Origin: Clostridia bacterium
GTDB lineage: Bacteria > Bacillota > Clostridia > Oscillospirales > CAG-272
Direction of reading: 5' to 3'
Length of the DNA stretch: 64,000 nucleotides
Assembly (NCBI GenBank): GCA_029007295.1
Contig: JAQXHN010000018.1
Span: 39,006-103,005, forward strand
The notes under the pieces are model-generated. The model saw only the letters and a program-made list of their open reading frames with translations. It did not search any database and was not told the DNA's origin. This document shows, piece by piece, positions 8,256-18,090 of this stretch (position 1 is the stretch's first letter; every line of letters starts with the position of its first letter). The position numbers and the translations under genes were made by a program.

Positions 8256-9125
8256 ATGTTACAGTTATTTTCGGACACAGACCTTGATTTAACTCCTGAA
8301 AAGGCAAGGGAATACGGCTATAAGCTAATCAGCATGCCGTTCAGCATCGACGGTGAAACGACCTATCCCTACGCCGATTGCGATACCTTTGACATGCACG
8401 CATTTTACGAAAAGCTGAGAAACGGAGTCGTTCCTAACACCAGCGCCATTTCGGAAGAAAGCTACCGCAATTATTTTGAACCGTGCTTTGCAAACGGCGA
8501 CGATATCCTTTACGTGCATTTTTCACGCAAAATGTCGGCAACTTTTGAAAACATGGACAGAGCCGTTAAAAGCTTGAAGGAGAAGTATCCCGAAAGAAAA
8601 TTCTATACCGTTGACACCAAGGGTATTACAATTATCGGTTATATTATCGCCCTTTGTATCGGCGATATGGTCAAGCAGGGAAAGGGAATTGACGAGATCC
8701 TCGAATGGTCCGAAACCGAAATTGATAAATACGCCGTTTACTTCTTCTCCGACGATTTAAAATTCTTCCACCACAGCGGGCGTGTAAGCGGTCTTGCCGC
8801 CACGATGGGTACGATGCTCGGCGTACGCCCCATTATTTATATGAGCTCCGAGGGAAAAATGGAAAGCATCGGTAAGGAAAGGGGAAGACAGCGGGCTATT
8901 AACCGACTGATTCATGCAGTTGAGGAAATAGGCGATGACGTTGCAAATCACAGAGTCGTTATCGGAAATACGGACAACCGTGAGATTGCACAGCAGATTG
9001 CCGACGCTCTGTATGAAAAATACGGCAAAAACACCGACATAACAATAATCGACGTTAACCCCACCGCCGGCAGTCACTGCGGTCCCGACTCCATCGGCAT
9101 TGCATTCCACTCAAAACACAGGTAA
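8256..9125 (+). CDS. fakB: DegV family fatty-acid-binding protein (FakB-like)
   Basis: 289 aa with the DegV fold signature (LISMPFSIDGETTYPY...HCGPDSIGIAFH). Lies immediately downstream of fakA. Confidence 0.8.
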   Translation: MLQLFSDTDLDLTPEKAREYGYKLISMPFSIDGETTYPYADCDTFDMHAFYEKLRNGVVPNTSAISEESYRNYFEPCFANGDDILYVHFSRKMSATFENMDRAVKSLKEKYPERKFYTVDTKGITIIGYIIALCIGDMVKQGKGIDEILEWSETEIDKYAVYFFSDDLKFFHHSGRVSGLAATMGTMLGVRPIIYMSSEGKMESIGKERGRQRAINRLIHAVEEIGDDVANHRVVIGNTDNREIAQQIADALYEKYGKNTDITIIDVNPTAGSHCGPDSIGIAFHSKHR

Positions 9126-9135
9126 AAAGAGAATT

Positions 9136-10269
9136 ATGATTGAAATAAGAGAAGCGACGACAAAAAAAGAGCAGAAGAATTTTTTGAATTTTCCGCTTGA
9201 AATGTATAAAAACAATCCCTGCTTCGTACCGCCCCTTTATTCGAGCGAAAAGAAAATTTTCGGAAAAAGCTACTCATACTATGATACCTGCGAGGCGGTA
9301 TATTACAACGCATACAGGGACGGCGTCATGGCAGGCAGAATCTCGGGAATTTTACAGCATACTTCAAATAAAATCAGAAATCAAAAGCGAGTCCGCTTTA
9401 CCCGCTTCGACTGCATTGACGACGTTGATACGGCTCGGGCGCTCTTCGGAGCAGTCGAAAAATGGGCGCTTTCAAAAGGCATGGACACGATTTGCGGTCC
9501 CTTGGGCTTTTCCGACCTTGAAAGAGAAGGGCTGTTAATCGAAGGCTTTGACGAGCTTTCCACCTTCGAGGAGCAGTATAATGCCGAATATTACGGCAGA
9601 CTAATCGAAGAGTGCGGTTATAATAAAGAGGTGGATTGGATTGAGAGTAAGATTTACCCGCCTAAGGATACCGAATCGCTCGATAAAATGAAAGACTATA
9701 TAATGAAGAGGTATTCTCTTCGCTTCGGAGAGGCAAAAAACATAAACGAATTTATCAAAAAATACAAAAACGACTTTTTCCGTCTGCTGGACGAAGGCTA
9801 TGCCGACATTTACGGGTCTGTTCCTTTTACCGAGTCCATGAAAAAAGAAATAATATCAAATTTCAAGCTCGTTTGCGATACGGAGCATGTTGCCGTTATT
9901 CTCGACAAGGATAACCGTGCGGTATGTATGGGCTTTTGCATTCCGTCAATTTCCCGCGCGGTACAGAAATCAAAAGGGCATTTAACTCCCTGCGCCATAG
10001 TCAAAATTTTAAAATCCGTCCGCCGGCCGGAAATAATCGACCTCGGCCTGATTGCCGTAGACAAGGAATATCTTAACCGAGGAATCAGTATAATTTTTTG
10101 TGCGGAAATTGCAAGAATGCTTAAGAAGCCGTACACAAAATACGCCGAAACCAATCTGAATTTAGAGGACAATCACTCAATACGTAATATGTGGAAGCGC
10201 TTTGAGCAAATCGAACATAAGAAGCGACGCAGTTATGTAAAATATATAGGGGAGAACGTAAATGCGTAA
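9136..10269 (+). CDS. GNAT-fold acyltransferase-like protein of unknown specificity
   Basis: MIEIREATTKKEQKNFLNFPLEMYKNNPCFVPPLYSSEKK... This N-terminal motif recurs in proteins usually annotated as GNAT family N-acetyltransferase. RBS aaagagaa is present. The 3' end overlaps plsX by 8 nt. Confidence 0.4.
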   Translation: MIEIREATTKKEQKNFLNFPLEMYKNNPCFVPPLYSSEKKIFGKSYSYYDTCEAVYYNAYRDGVMAGRISGILQHTSNKIRNQKRVRFTRFDCIDDVDTARALFGAVEKWALSKGMDTICGPLGFSDLEREGLLIEGFDELSTFEEQYNAEYYGRLIEECGYNKEVDWIESKIYPPKDTESLDKMKDYIMKRYSLRFGEAKNINEFIKKYKNDFFRLLDEGYADIYGSVPFTESMKKEIISNFKLVCDTEHVAVILDKDNRAVCMGFCIPSISRAVQKSKGHLTPCAIVKILKSVRRPEIIDLGLIAVDKEYLNRGISIIFCAEIARMLKKPYTKYAETNLNLEDNHSIRNMWKRFEQIEHKKRRSYVKYIGENVNA

Positions 10270-11296
10270 AATTGTAATTGACTGCGCAGGCGGCGACAAT
10301 TCGCCCAACGCACCGATAGAGGGAGCGCTTTCCGCTCTGGAAAAGTTTCCGGATTTGTACGTAATACTGTGCGGAAAGGAAGAGGAAATATCAAGTATTC
10401 TGAGTGAAAAAGCTTATGACGGCGGCAGAGTTGAAATATTAAACGCAAGCGACGTCATCACCTGCCACGATAAGCCTACGGACGCTGTCAGATTAAAGAA
10501 GGACAGCTCTATGATGAGGTCTCTCAAGCTTTTGCGCGAGGATGACGGAATATTCGGTATGGTCTCCACCGGGTCAACGGGAGCCCTTGTTTGCGGCGCA
10601 ACCCTGAGAATCGGCAGAATTAAAGGCGTTATCCGTCCGGCCTTCTGCCCGATACTTCCGACAATGGACGGCGGTATCGTAGGCATATGCGACACCGGCG
10701 CAAATATTGACATCACACCGGAGCATTTGAGACAGTTTGCGGTAATGGGCAGTCTTTACCTACGCTGTGCCTTCGGCGTGGAAAGCCCCAACGTCGGACT
10801 TTTGAATATAGGAACGGAGGCCGAAAAGGGCGATGCCCTAAGAAAGGAAGCCTACCCGCTGCTTTCGGAAACAGAGGAAATTCGCTTCGGCGGAAATATG
10901 GAAGCAAGAGAGCTTCTCGAGGGTAAATTCGACCTTGTTTGCTGTGACGGATTTTCCGGGAACGTTCTGATTAAAGCTACCGAGGGAGCTTGTCTTGAAA
11001 TGCTGAAAAAGCTGAAAAAGGATATTTTTTCCAGTTGGAAAAACAAGCTCGGCGCATTTATTATGAGAAAAATGTTCGCCGAAACAAAGGAATTTATGAA
11101 TTACCAAAATTACGGCGGCAGTGTTCTTCTCGGCACCTCAAAGGTAATAGTAAAGGGACACGGCTCCAGCGACGCACGCGCCGTTTGCGCCTGTATTTCT
11201 CAGGCATACCGTATGGAGAGTGCAAGCTACGTCGAATGCGTCGAAGACGCACTTTTGAAAATCGAACAAAGAAACAGGGAGAAAGAAAATGTATAA
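10262..11296 (+). CDS. plsX: Phosphate acyltransferase PlsX
   Basis: MRKIVIDCAGGDNSPNAPIEGAL...MVSTGSTGALV is canonical PlsX. 344 aa. Confidence 0.9.
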   Translation: MRKIVIDCAGGDNSPNAPIEGALSALEKFPDLYVILCGKEEEISSILSEKAYDGGRVEILNASDVITCHDKPTDAVRLKKDSSMMRSLKLLREDDGIFGMVSTGSTGALVCGATLRIGRIKGVIRPAFCPILPTMDGGIVGICDTGANIDITPEHLRQFAVMGSLYLRCAFGVESPNVGLLNIGTEAEKGDALRKEAYPLLSETEEIRFGGNMEARELLEGKFDLVCCDGFSGNVLIKATEGACLEMLKKLKKDIFSSWKNKLGAFIMRKMFAETKEFMNYQNYGGSVLLGTSKVIVKGHGSSDARAVCACISQAYRMESASYVECVEDALLKIEQRNREKENV

Positions 11297-11513
11297 CGAA
11301 CTGAAAAAGGCACTCGCAAAGCAGCTTCGCATAGACGAGTCGGCAATCGTGCCGGAATCGAAAATAATCGACGATTTGGGAGCCGACTCGCTGGATGTCT
11401 TGCAGCTTTTAATGACGATAGAAGAGGAATACGGCATAACCATTCCGGACGAAGCGCTGGCGGAATTCAAGACGGTTTCGGATATTTCCGAATACCTTGA
11501 TTCAAGACGCTGA
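11289..11513 (+). CDS. acpP: Acyl carrier protein
   Basis: 74 aa with the LGADSLDVLQLLMTIEEEYGITIPDE phosphopantetheine-attachment motif (DSL). Confidence 0.85.
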   Translation: MYNELKKALAKQLRIDESAIVPESKIIDDLGADSLDVLQLLMTIEEEYGITIPDEALAEFKTVSDISEYLDSRR

Positions 11514-11560
11514 TTCTCTCGGCGCTTTAACCCTTGCGGTATGTCGATAAGGCTTTAATC

Positions 11561-12256
11561 ATGCAGATTAAACTTAATCCGCGGCTTAAAAAAATTGCCG
11601 AGAATATACCTGTAAATTCCGATGTTATAGACGTAGGCTCCGACCATGCTCATCTTCCGATTTATCTTATTCAAAACGGGATTTGCAAAAACGTCCTTGC
11701 GTCGGATTTGCGCTCCGGTCCCTGCGAAAAAGCAAGAGAGAATATCGCTCTTTACGGTTTGTCCGACAGAATAAAGGTGGTTCAGACAAACGGGCTTGAA
11801 AAGCTCGGGGACTATCCGTGCTCCTGCATTGTAATAGCAGGCATGGGCGCACAAATAATGACGCAGATTTTAAAGGGAAGCAATATCCCTAAAAACGAGA
11901 ATATTACTCTCATTCTGCAACCGCAAAAATACCAGGAACGCCTTCGCAAATATCTTTCGGACGAAGGCTTTCTTATTGACTCGGAGCTGCTTGTCCGCGA
12001 CGGCCGTTTATACACGGTTATCGCAGCCCATTATACGGGAAAGCCTTACAGGCTTAGCGAAGCCGAGCTTTATCTCGGCAAAAAATCCGCCCGAAAATCT
12101 GCAGATTTGTTTCCTTTTCTTGCAAAAAATCTGACAGATAAATTGAAGAGAATTATTAAAACCAAAGAAAACGCTTTTGACGAGGAGAGACTGCTGGCTT
12201 TGATCGAAGCCGATATAAACGGAGAGAAAAAATATGAAAAAAAGCGAATTATATAA
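11561..12256 (+). CDS. trmK: tRNA (adenine22-N1)-methyltransferase TrmK
   Basis: MQIKLNPRLKKIAENIPVNSDVIDVGSDHAHLPIYL and the rest are typical of TrmK/YqfN. Followed by a Nif3 gene, as in the conserved yqfN-yqfO pair. Confidence 0.75.
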   Translation: MQIKLNPRLKKIAENIPVNSDVIDVGSDHAHLPIYLIQNGICKNVLASDLRSGPCEKARENIALYGLSDRIKVVQTNGLEKLGDYPCSCIVIAGMGAQIMTQILKGSNIPKNENITLILQPQKYQERLRKYLSDEGFLIDSELLVRDGRLYTVIAAHYTGKPYRLSEAELYLGKKSARKSADLFPFLAKNLTDKLKRIIKTKENAFDEERLLALIEADINGEKKYEKKRII

Positions 12257-12968
12257 AATCCTTTCGGAAAGAATTCCCTCCTCTCTTTCGGAGGAATGGG
12301 ACAATGACGGAGCGATGATTATTCCGCACGATACATGCGTCAACCGAATACTTTTGTCTCTTGACGCTACGACGCAGGCTGTTTCAAAAGCCATAGACGA
12401 AAAATTTGATTTGATAATAACGCATCACCCTCTGATTTTCCGTCCCGTAAGCTCCATTGTAAACGGTAAATACATTTCACTTATAGAAAACGACATTGCC
12501 GTTTTCTCCTTTCACACCCGATTTGACACGGTATCGGGCGGCGTTAACGACGCTTTGGCTTCGATTCTGGGACTTGTAAAAATTGAAAGCCGTTCCATTA
12601 TGCGTATAGGCGAGCTTGAAAAAGAAATGCCGACAGATTCCTTTGCGCAATTTGTTAAAGCTAAGCTTAACTGTCCCTGCCTCAACTATGTTAAGCGCCG
12701 TGACACCGTAAAAAAAGTAGTTCTTGTCGGCGGTGACGGCAAGGATTTTTCAACCGAAGCCGAGAATGTGGGAGCGGACACCTATATCACGGGTAATATG
12801 AGCTACAATACTATGATCGACGCCTCAGAGGGCAAGCTTAACGTCATTGAGGCGGGCCACTACAATACCGAATTTCCGTCAATGTACGCCATGAAGGATA
12901 TTCTTCTTTCCGTTAATTCGGAATTTGAAATTGAAATTTTTGACAATAATCCGATTGTGACAATTTGA
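12234..12968 (+). CDS. Nif3-like dinuclear metal centre protein (YqfO/GTP cyclohydrolase 1 type 2 homolog)
   Basis: 244 aa with HHPLIF and dispersed His/Glu metal ligands. Conserved partner of trmK. Confidence 0.75.
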   Translation: MKKSELYKILSERIPSSLSEEWDNDGAMIIPHDTCVNRILLSLDATTQAVSKAIDEKFDLIITHHPLIFRPVSSIVNGKYISLIENDIAVFSFHTRFDTVSGGVNDALASILGLVKIESRSIMRIGELEKEMPTDSFAQFVKAKLNCPCLNYVKRRDTVKKVVLVGGDGKDFSTEAENVGADTYITGNMSYNTMIDASEGKLNVIEAGHYNTEFPSMYAMKDILLSVNSEFEIEIFDNNPIVTI

Positions 12969-13029
12969 ATTTACAAAATTCTGTTTACAAAGCACAGGAT
13001 TTAAGGTATAATAACTTTGTATATATGAG

Positions 13030-14166
13030 ATGATAACAGATGAAAGGTTAAACAACGTGATTATTCAGTTAGAGGAAGCAAAGCGCACCCTGCAGGAGCT
13101 CAACAAGGCTGTTATCGAGCTTGGCAGCGCACTCCGTATTGACGAAATAAAAAAAGAAATGACAGAGCTGGAGGAAAAAACCTCTGCGCCGGATTTTTGG
13201 TCGGATTCCGATAATTCCGGAAAGGTTTTGTCAAGAATAAAGAGCATAAAGGGCAGAATTTCCCGTTACGAATCGTTAAAAAGCCGAGTTGAGGACGTAG
13301 AGGTCCTTTGCGAAATGGGAATTGAGGAAAACGACGAATCTGTTGTGGATGAAGTGCTTTCCGAAATTAAGGCTCTGACCGAGGAGGAAGGCAAGCAGAA
13401 AATAGAGGTCCTTCTTTCGGGCGACTACGACAGGAACAACGCCATTCTTTCATTTCACCCCGGCGCAGGCGGCACCGAGGCTCAGGACTGGGCCTTGATG
13501 CTTTACCGGATGTATACCCGCTGGGGCGAAAAGCACGGTTACACCGTAAAGCTGGTTGACTGGCTCGACGGCGAAGAGGCAGGCTTGAAGAGCGCTACCG
13601 TTATGATTCAGGGAGAGAATGCATACGGTTACTTAAAAAGCGAATCGGGCGTTCATCGCCTCGTTCGAGTATCTCCCTTTGACGCCTCGGGAAGAAGACA
13701 TACCTCCTTTGCGTCAGTCGAGGTCATGCCCGAATTTGAGGACGACGGAAAAATAGAAATACGGGATGAGGATCTTGAGATAACCGCTCACCGTTCAAGC
13801 GGCGCAGGCGGTCAGCATATCAATAAGACGGACTCCGCCATTCGCATAGTGCATATTCCCACGGGAATTGTTGTAGGCTGTCAGACAGAGAGAAGCCAGC
13901 TTCAAAATAAAGAAACAGCCATGAAGATGCTGAAATCCAAGCTTATCGAAATAAAGGAAAGAGAAAAGCTTGATAAAATCGAGGATATTCAGGGCGTAAA
14001 GACGAATATCGAATGGGGCGCACAGATACGTTCCTATGTGTTTATGCCCTATACTCTCGTTAAGGACACCAGAACAGGCTATGAGGACGGTAACATTTCC
14101 GCCGTAATGGACGGCGACCTCGACGGCTTTATCAACGCTTATTTGAAGATGAACGCAGGAAAGTAG
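13030..14166 (+). CDS. prfB: Peptide chain release factor 2 (contiguous ORF, no programmed frameshift)
   Basis: GAGGTEAQDW, SPF, and the GGQ motif SGAGGQHINKTDSAIRIVHIPTGIV are present. The ORF is continuous from its ATG. Confidence 0.9.
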   Translation: MITDERLNNVIIQLEEAKRTLQELNKAVIELGSALRIDEIKKEMTELEEKTSAPDFWSDSDNSGKVLSRIKSIKGRISRYESLKSRVEDVEVLCEMGIEENDESVVDEVLSEIKALTEEEGKQKIEVLLSGDYDRNNAILSFHPGAGGTEAQDWALMLYRMYTRWGEKHGYTVKLVDWLDGEEAGLKSATVMIQGENAYGYLKSESGVHRLVRVSPFDASGRRHTSFASVEVMPEFEDDGKIEIRDEDLEITAHRSSGAGGQHINKTDSAIRIVHIPTGIVVGCQTERSQLQNKETAMKMLKSKLIEIKEREKLDKIEDIQGVKTNIEWGAQIRSYVFMPYTLVKDTRTGYEDGNISAVMDGDLDGFINAYLKMNAGK

Positions 14167-14270
14167 CCTCAAAGCAAAACGGTATGCGTCTTATGAATCG
14201 GGCGGAATGTCTCGGATATTTAATTTTCGAATTTTTTTAAAAAATAAAATACGGTAAAGGAAGCAAAATT

Positions 14271-14564
14271 ATGTTAAAGAAAACAAGATTTTTCGTAGGA
14301 ATCGCATTTATGGTACAAAGCTTTTCGTGCATTGTTGTTTTCATCACGCTTTTGGTAAAGAAAAAAAGCCTTTGGAAGACATTTCTTGCAATCGGCCTTG
14401 CAGGAGGCGCCGCCGGCGCTTACCTTACAATCGGCGCATTAAAACACGACAGAAAGTTTAAAAAAGTATTGGAGGCGGTTGACGATTTGTGCGACTTCGA
14501 CGATGACGGGGAAATCCCGGAGGTTCCCGTTGACGATACTGCGAGCGAGGCGGAGTTCGAGTAA
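14271..14564 (+). CDS. Small membrane protein (hypothetical)
   Basis: 97 aa with two hydrophobic helices and an acidic C-terminal tail. RBS aaggaag is present. Confidence 0.35.
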   Translation: MLKKTRFFVGIAFMVQSFSCIVVFITLLVKKKSLWKTFLAIGLAGGAAGAYLTIGALKHDRKFKKVLEAVDDLCDFDDDGEIPEVPVDDTASEAEFE

Positions 14565-14566
14565 AA

Positions 14567-15274
14567 ATGGGAAGCATAATCGCCATCGGAGGAGGCGAGT
14601 TTACACGCCGTGAAATCGACAGGCTTGACTTAAGAACAAAAGAGCTTACCGGCAAGGAGCATCCGACGATGCTTTATATTCCCACGGCGTCCTGCGACGG
14701 GGAAATCGACCTTTACGACGAATATTACAGGGAGCTTGGCTTTAAGCTTGAAAAGCTGCTTCTTATTCGGGATAATCCCGATGAAAAAACCATCCGTGAG
14801 GCGGTTTTCTCGGCAGACTGTATTTTTGCAGGCGGCGGAGACGCTATACTTTTGATGAAGGAATGGAAGAAGCACTCTCTCGATTCCGTTATTCGGGAAG
14901 CCTTCCGTACAACGGATATTGTCCTTTCCGGCATCAGCGCAGGCTCGATTTGTTGGTTCTCTCTCGGTCACACCGACTCCCTCTCTTATTATCGTAAGGA
15001 TTGGGATTATTTAAAAATGGAAGGAATCGGGCTGATTCCCGCATTTCATTCTCCTCATTTTTGCCGCGAAAGGGCGGACAGCTTGGAAAAATTCATGCGC
15101 CATGAGACTCTGACCGGCGTCGGCCTTGACAACGGCTGCGCCCTCGAATTTTCAGACGGCAGCTATAAAATCATAACGAGCATGGATACCGCACGGGCGC
15201 ATATATACCGTAGCAATGCGGACAACACATACTCTGTAGAAATATTAAAAGACGCAGATACGCTTATTCTTTAA
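14567..15274 (+). CDS. Peptidase S51 family (dipeptidase E-like, type-1 glutamine amidotransferase-like fold)
   Basis: MGSIIAIGGGEF...FAGGGDA...LSGISAGSICWF matches the PepE/cyanophycinase-like Ser-His-Glu family. Confidence 0.7.
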   Translation: MGSIIAIGGGEFTRREIDRLDLRTKELTGKEHPTMLYIPTASCDGEIDLYDEYYRELGFKLEKLLLIRDNPDEKTIREAVFSADCIFAGGGDAILLMKEWKKHSLDSVIREAFRTTDIVLSGISAGSICWFSLGHTDSLSYYRKDWDYLKMEGIGLIPAFHSPHFCRERADSLEKFMRHETLTGVGLDNGCALEFSDGSYKIITSMDTARAHIYRSNADNTYSVEILKDADTLIL

Positions 15275-15317
15275 ACGGATTCATAAGCAAGCTTATTCCT
15301 TATCGGATAACGGAAAA

Positions 15318-15356
15318 GGAGCAAGGCTGACATGGCCTTGCTCCCATTTTTTTATT
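15318..15356 (+). terminator. Rho-independent terminator after the S51 peptidase gene
   Basis: Stem ggagcaaggc/gccttgctcc followed by cattttttta. Confidence 0.65.
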
Positions 15357-15454
15357 TTATTTTCCGTAGCCTTGCAGAAAAAGCTATTCGTCGGTTTTAC
15401 GACTTTAAAAAACCTATTTTATAACGGTTATTCGGCGTCTAAGTCTGACGCTGC

Positions 15455-17476
15455 TTATTCCGATTCAGCCGGTGCTTCCTCGGTCTCTGCCTCAACCTCT
15501 GCTACTTCCTCTTCCTCTTCCGGCTCTGTTAAAGCCTTTACGGAGAGAGAGATGCGTTTGTTCTCTTCGTCAATGTCAACAATCTTGGCGTCAAGAACCT
15601 GACCTAAAGCAAGAACCTCGCCGGGATTTGCAATCTTCTTCTCGTTGGTGATTTGAGAAATATGGATAAGTCCGTCAACGCCGGGAACGATTTCCGCAAA
15701 TGCGCCGAAGGGCATAAGGGAAACTACCTTAACGCTTGCAACAGAACCAACCTGGTATTTGTTTGTGAATATCACCCAGGGATTTGTCGCTTCGGTCTTA
15801 TATCCGAGGGAAATACGCTTCTTTTCGCGGTCAAAATCCTTAACGAATACTTCGAGAACCTCGCCGACGGAAACCACGTCCGAAGGCTGTTTGATTCTCT
15901 GCCATGAAAGCTCTGTTGTATGTACCATACCGTCAACGGGTCCGAGATCAACGAAAGCTCCGAAGGAGGTAAGAGACTTAACCTTACCCGTAAACTTCTT
16001 TCCGACTTCCATTTCGTCCCAGAATTTGTTTTCGACAGCCTTTCTCTCCTCGCGCTCAATTACACGAATTGAACCTGCGATACGGTGGCGTGCTTCGTCA
16101 ACGTCGGTAATCTTGATTTTCTTTGTCTGACCGACAAGGGAGGAAAAGTCAACGCCTCTGGGAAGGCCCGTCTGTGAAGCGGGGATAAATACACGTACGC
16201 CGTGAATATTCATGACCACGCCGCCCTTGTTGCTTTCGGTAATTTTACCCTCGAGAACAGCGTCGGCTTCCTTAGCGTCGGCAACCTTTTTCCAGTTAGC
16301 GTTGGCTTCAATCTGTCTTCTGGAAAGCGTTGCAACACCGTCAACGTCGCTGACACGTACAGCCTTTGCGGTGATTTCATCACCGGGCTTGTATACGTCG
16401 GTAAGCTTAAGCGAAGGATCGACCAAATCGCTTGCCGGCAAAATACCCGTAACTTTTGCACCGATGTCAACCTTGACCTCGTTTGCGTCAACGGATAAAA
16501 TCGTTCCCGTAACCATGTCTCCTGTATTTAAAGTTTTGAATGAAGATTCAAGAAGTTGTTCGAAGTCTTCGACTTCATTTGTTTTGTTGAGTTTATCGCT
16601 CATAATGGTTTTAACCTCCTCGATTATATTGCCGGGAGTAGACGCTCCTGCGGCAATTCCTACTTTTGTAGGTTTTATGATAGGAAGCACGGCCGGTATG
16701 TCGGCGGCGCTCTCAATGAACAAGGTGTCAGTCAAAATTGATTTTGCAATCGTATACAGCTTGTTTGTGTTCGAGCTGTTTCTTCCGCCGACGATAAGCA
16801 TCAAATCGACTCTTTTTGCTAAAGAGGCTACCTCTTCCTGGCGTTTTTCCGTAACACTACATATTGTATCAAAAATAAGTGAATTTGTACAGACCTTTTT
16901 AATAAAATTTTGACTTTTTTTCCATTCGGTTAAATTTTGCGTTGTCTGAGAAACAAGAATCAGTGGTTTGTCTGCTATTTCGGTCAATTTTAATTCACAA
17001 ATGTCCCCAAAAACAATGTTTTCACCTTTTGCATAGGAGCGAATGCCCTCTACCTCCGGGTGCTTTTCGTCACCGAAAATAAGAGTTAAATTGTTTTCCT
17101 GCGAATGCTCGTTGACAAGGTTGTGTATTTTTTTTACGAGAGGACAGGTGCAGTCAACCGTTTTAAAATACCTGTTCCGTTTTGACAGCTCCTGAAGACG
17201 CTCGCTAAGGCGTTTGGGAATGCCGTGAGCGCGAATGACCACCGCACAGGGATTGTTTTCGTCAGTACTTTGGAAAATTCCGTCAATTTCGGCTTCGGAA
17301 ATAACGCCGACGCCGTCCCTTTCAAGCTCGGCAACGACCCCGTCGTTGTGAATAAGCTTTCCCAAGGTGTATATCGAGTATTCTCCCTTTTCCGAAAGCG
17401 TCTTTACCGTTTCGTAAGCTCTTTTTACACCGAAGCAAAAGCCCGCAAGCGACGCAACTTCTATTTTCGGCTTCAT
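15455..17476 (-). CDS. ispH: Bifunctional 4-hydroxy-3-methylbut-2-enyl diphosphate reductase / ribosomal protein S1 domain protein
   Basis: N-terminal IspH/LytB region (ASLAGFCFGVKRA...HNDGVV...). The C-terminal half has four S1 RNA-binding repeats and an acidic tail. 673 aa. This is a common Clostridial fusion. Confidence 0.85.
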   Translation of the reverse strand: MKPKIEVASLAGFCFGVKRAYETVKTLSEKGEYSIYTLGKLIHNDGVVAELERDGVGVISEAEIDGIFQSTDENNPCAVVIRAHGIPKRLSERLQELSKRNRYFKTVDCTCPLVKKIHNLVNEHSQENNLTLIFGDEKHPEVEGIRSYAKGENIVFGDICELKLTEIADKPLILVSQTTQNLTEWKKSQNFIKKVCTNSLIFDTICSVTEKRQEEVASLAKRVDLMLIVGGRNSSNTNKLYTIAKSILTDTLFIESAADIPAVLPIIKPTKVGIAAGASTPGNIIEEVKTIMSDKLNKTNEVEDFEQLLESSFKTLNTGDMVTGTILSVDANEVKVDIGAKVTGILPASDLVDPSLKLTDVYKPGDEITAKAVRVSDVDGVATLSRRQIEANANWKKVADAKEADAVLEGKITESNKGGVVMNIHGVRVFIPASQTGLPRGVDFSSLVGQTKKIKITDVDEARHRIAGSIRVIEREERKAVENKFWDEMEVGKKFTGKVKSLTSFGAFVDLGPVDGMVHTTELSWQRIKQPSDVVSVGEVLEVFVKDFDREKKRISLGYKTEATNPWVIFTNKYQVGSVASVKVVSLMPFGAFAEIVPGVDGLIHISQITNEKKIANPGEVLALGQVLDAKIVDIDEENKRISLSVKALTEPEEEEEVAEVEAETEEAPAESE

Positions 17477-18090
17477 TTAATTGTATCTCCGTCGGGTATC
17501 AGCATTTCCGTAATTCTGTCAAATATGATATGCGACGCATTTTCGTACTCGCTTTTCGTGCCCTTTTCAAATCCGAGCTCGTCTCTGTAAATCGGCTTGC
17601 CCAAGGTAACAAAGGTTTTTCGGAAGGGAAGTATCTTCATTTTCTTCGTTTGAATACAGATGGGAAGAATGGGAACGTCTTTTCTGTAGACTATCATCGC
17701 AATGCCCGCTTTGACCTCGGTTTGTCTCGGATCTACACCCCTTCGTCTTGTGCCCTGCGGATAAAGCCCTACGCACTTACCCTCGTCAAGTAATTGTATT
17801 GTTTTTTTGATTGCCGAAACATCGGCAGCTCCGCGTTTTACGGGAAAAGCCCCGAGGGCCGTAATCAGCTGCTTTAAAACGGGGATTTTAAAAAGCTCCG
17901 CCTTTGCAAAAAAATGCACCTTTCGCTTCAGACAGGCCGCCGTTATCAAAACGTCGTTGTTTGACAGATGATTAGGACAGGCAAGATATGCCCCGTCCTT
18001 CGGTTCGTTCTCGCTTCCGCTCAATTTTACTCTGAAAAAAAATTTAAAAAAAGGCGAAAGCGGTTTGTATAAAAAGGAATATAAGCTCAT
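17473..18090 (-). CDS. plsC: 1-acyl-sn-glycerol-3-phosphate acyltransferase
   Basis: HX4D motif (NHLSNNDVL) and the PlsC-type FPQGTRRRG block. 205 aa. Confidence 0.8.
   Translation of the reverse strand: MSLYSFLYKPLSPFFKFFFRVKLSGSENEPKDGAYLACPNHLSNNDVLITAACLKRKVHFFAKAELFKIPVLKQLITALGAFPVKRGAADVSAIKKTIQLLDEGKCVGLYPQGTRRRGVDPRQTEVKAGIAMIVYRKDVPILPICIQTKKMKILPFRKTFVTLGKPIYRDELGFEKGTKSEYENASHIIFDRITEMLIPDGDTIK

Noticed and set aside
13030-13200. Looked for the programmed +1 frameshift site (CUU UGA C) usual in prfB
   Set aside because: The RF2 ORF is continuous from its ATG through the GGQ motif and no CTTTGAC is present in the 5' region. This is an unshifted prfB, as in some Firmicutes.
16212-16913. 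233-aa plus-strand ORF, plus several 60-125-aa ORFs antisense to ispH/S1, iPGM, sortase, glyA and others (for example 46609-47181, 48703-49312, 63336-63998)
   Set aside because: They lie entirely inside well-supported genes on the opposite strand and have low-complexity Ser/Thr/Pro-rich translations. These are shadow ORFs.
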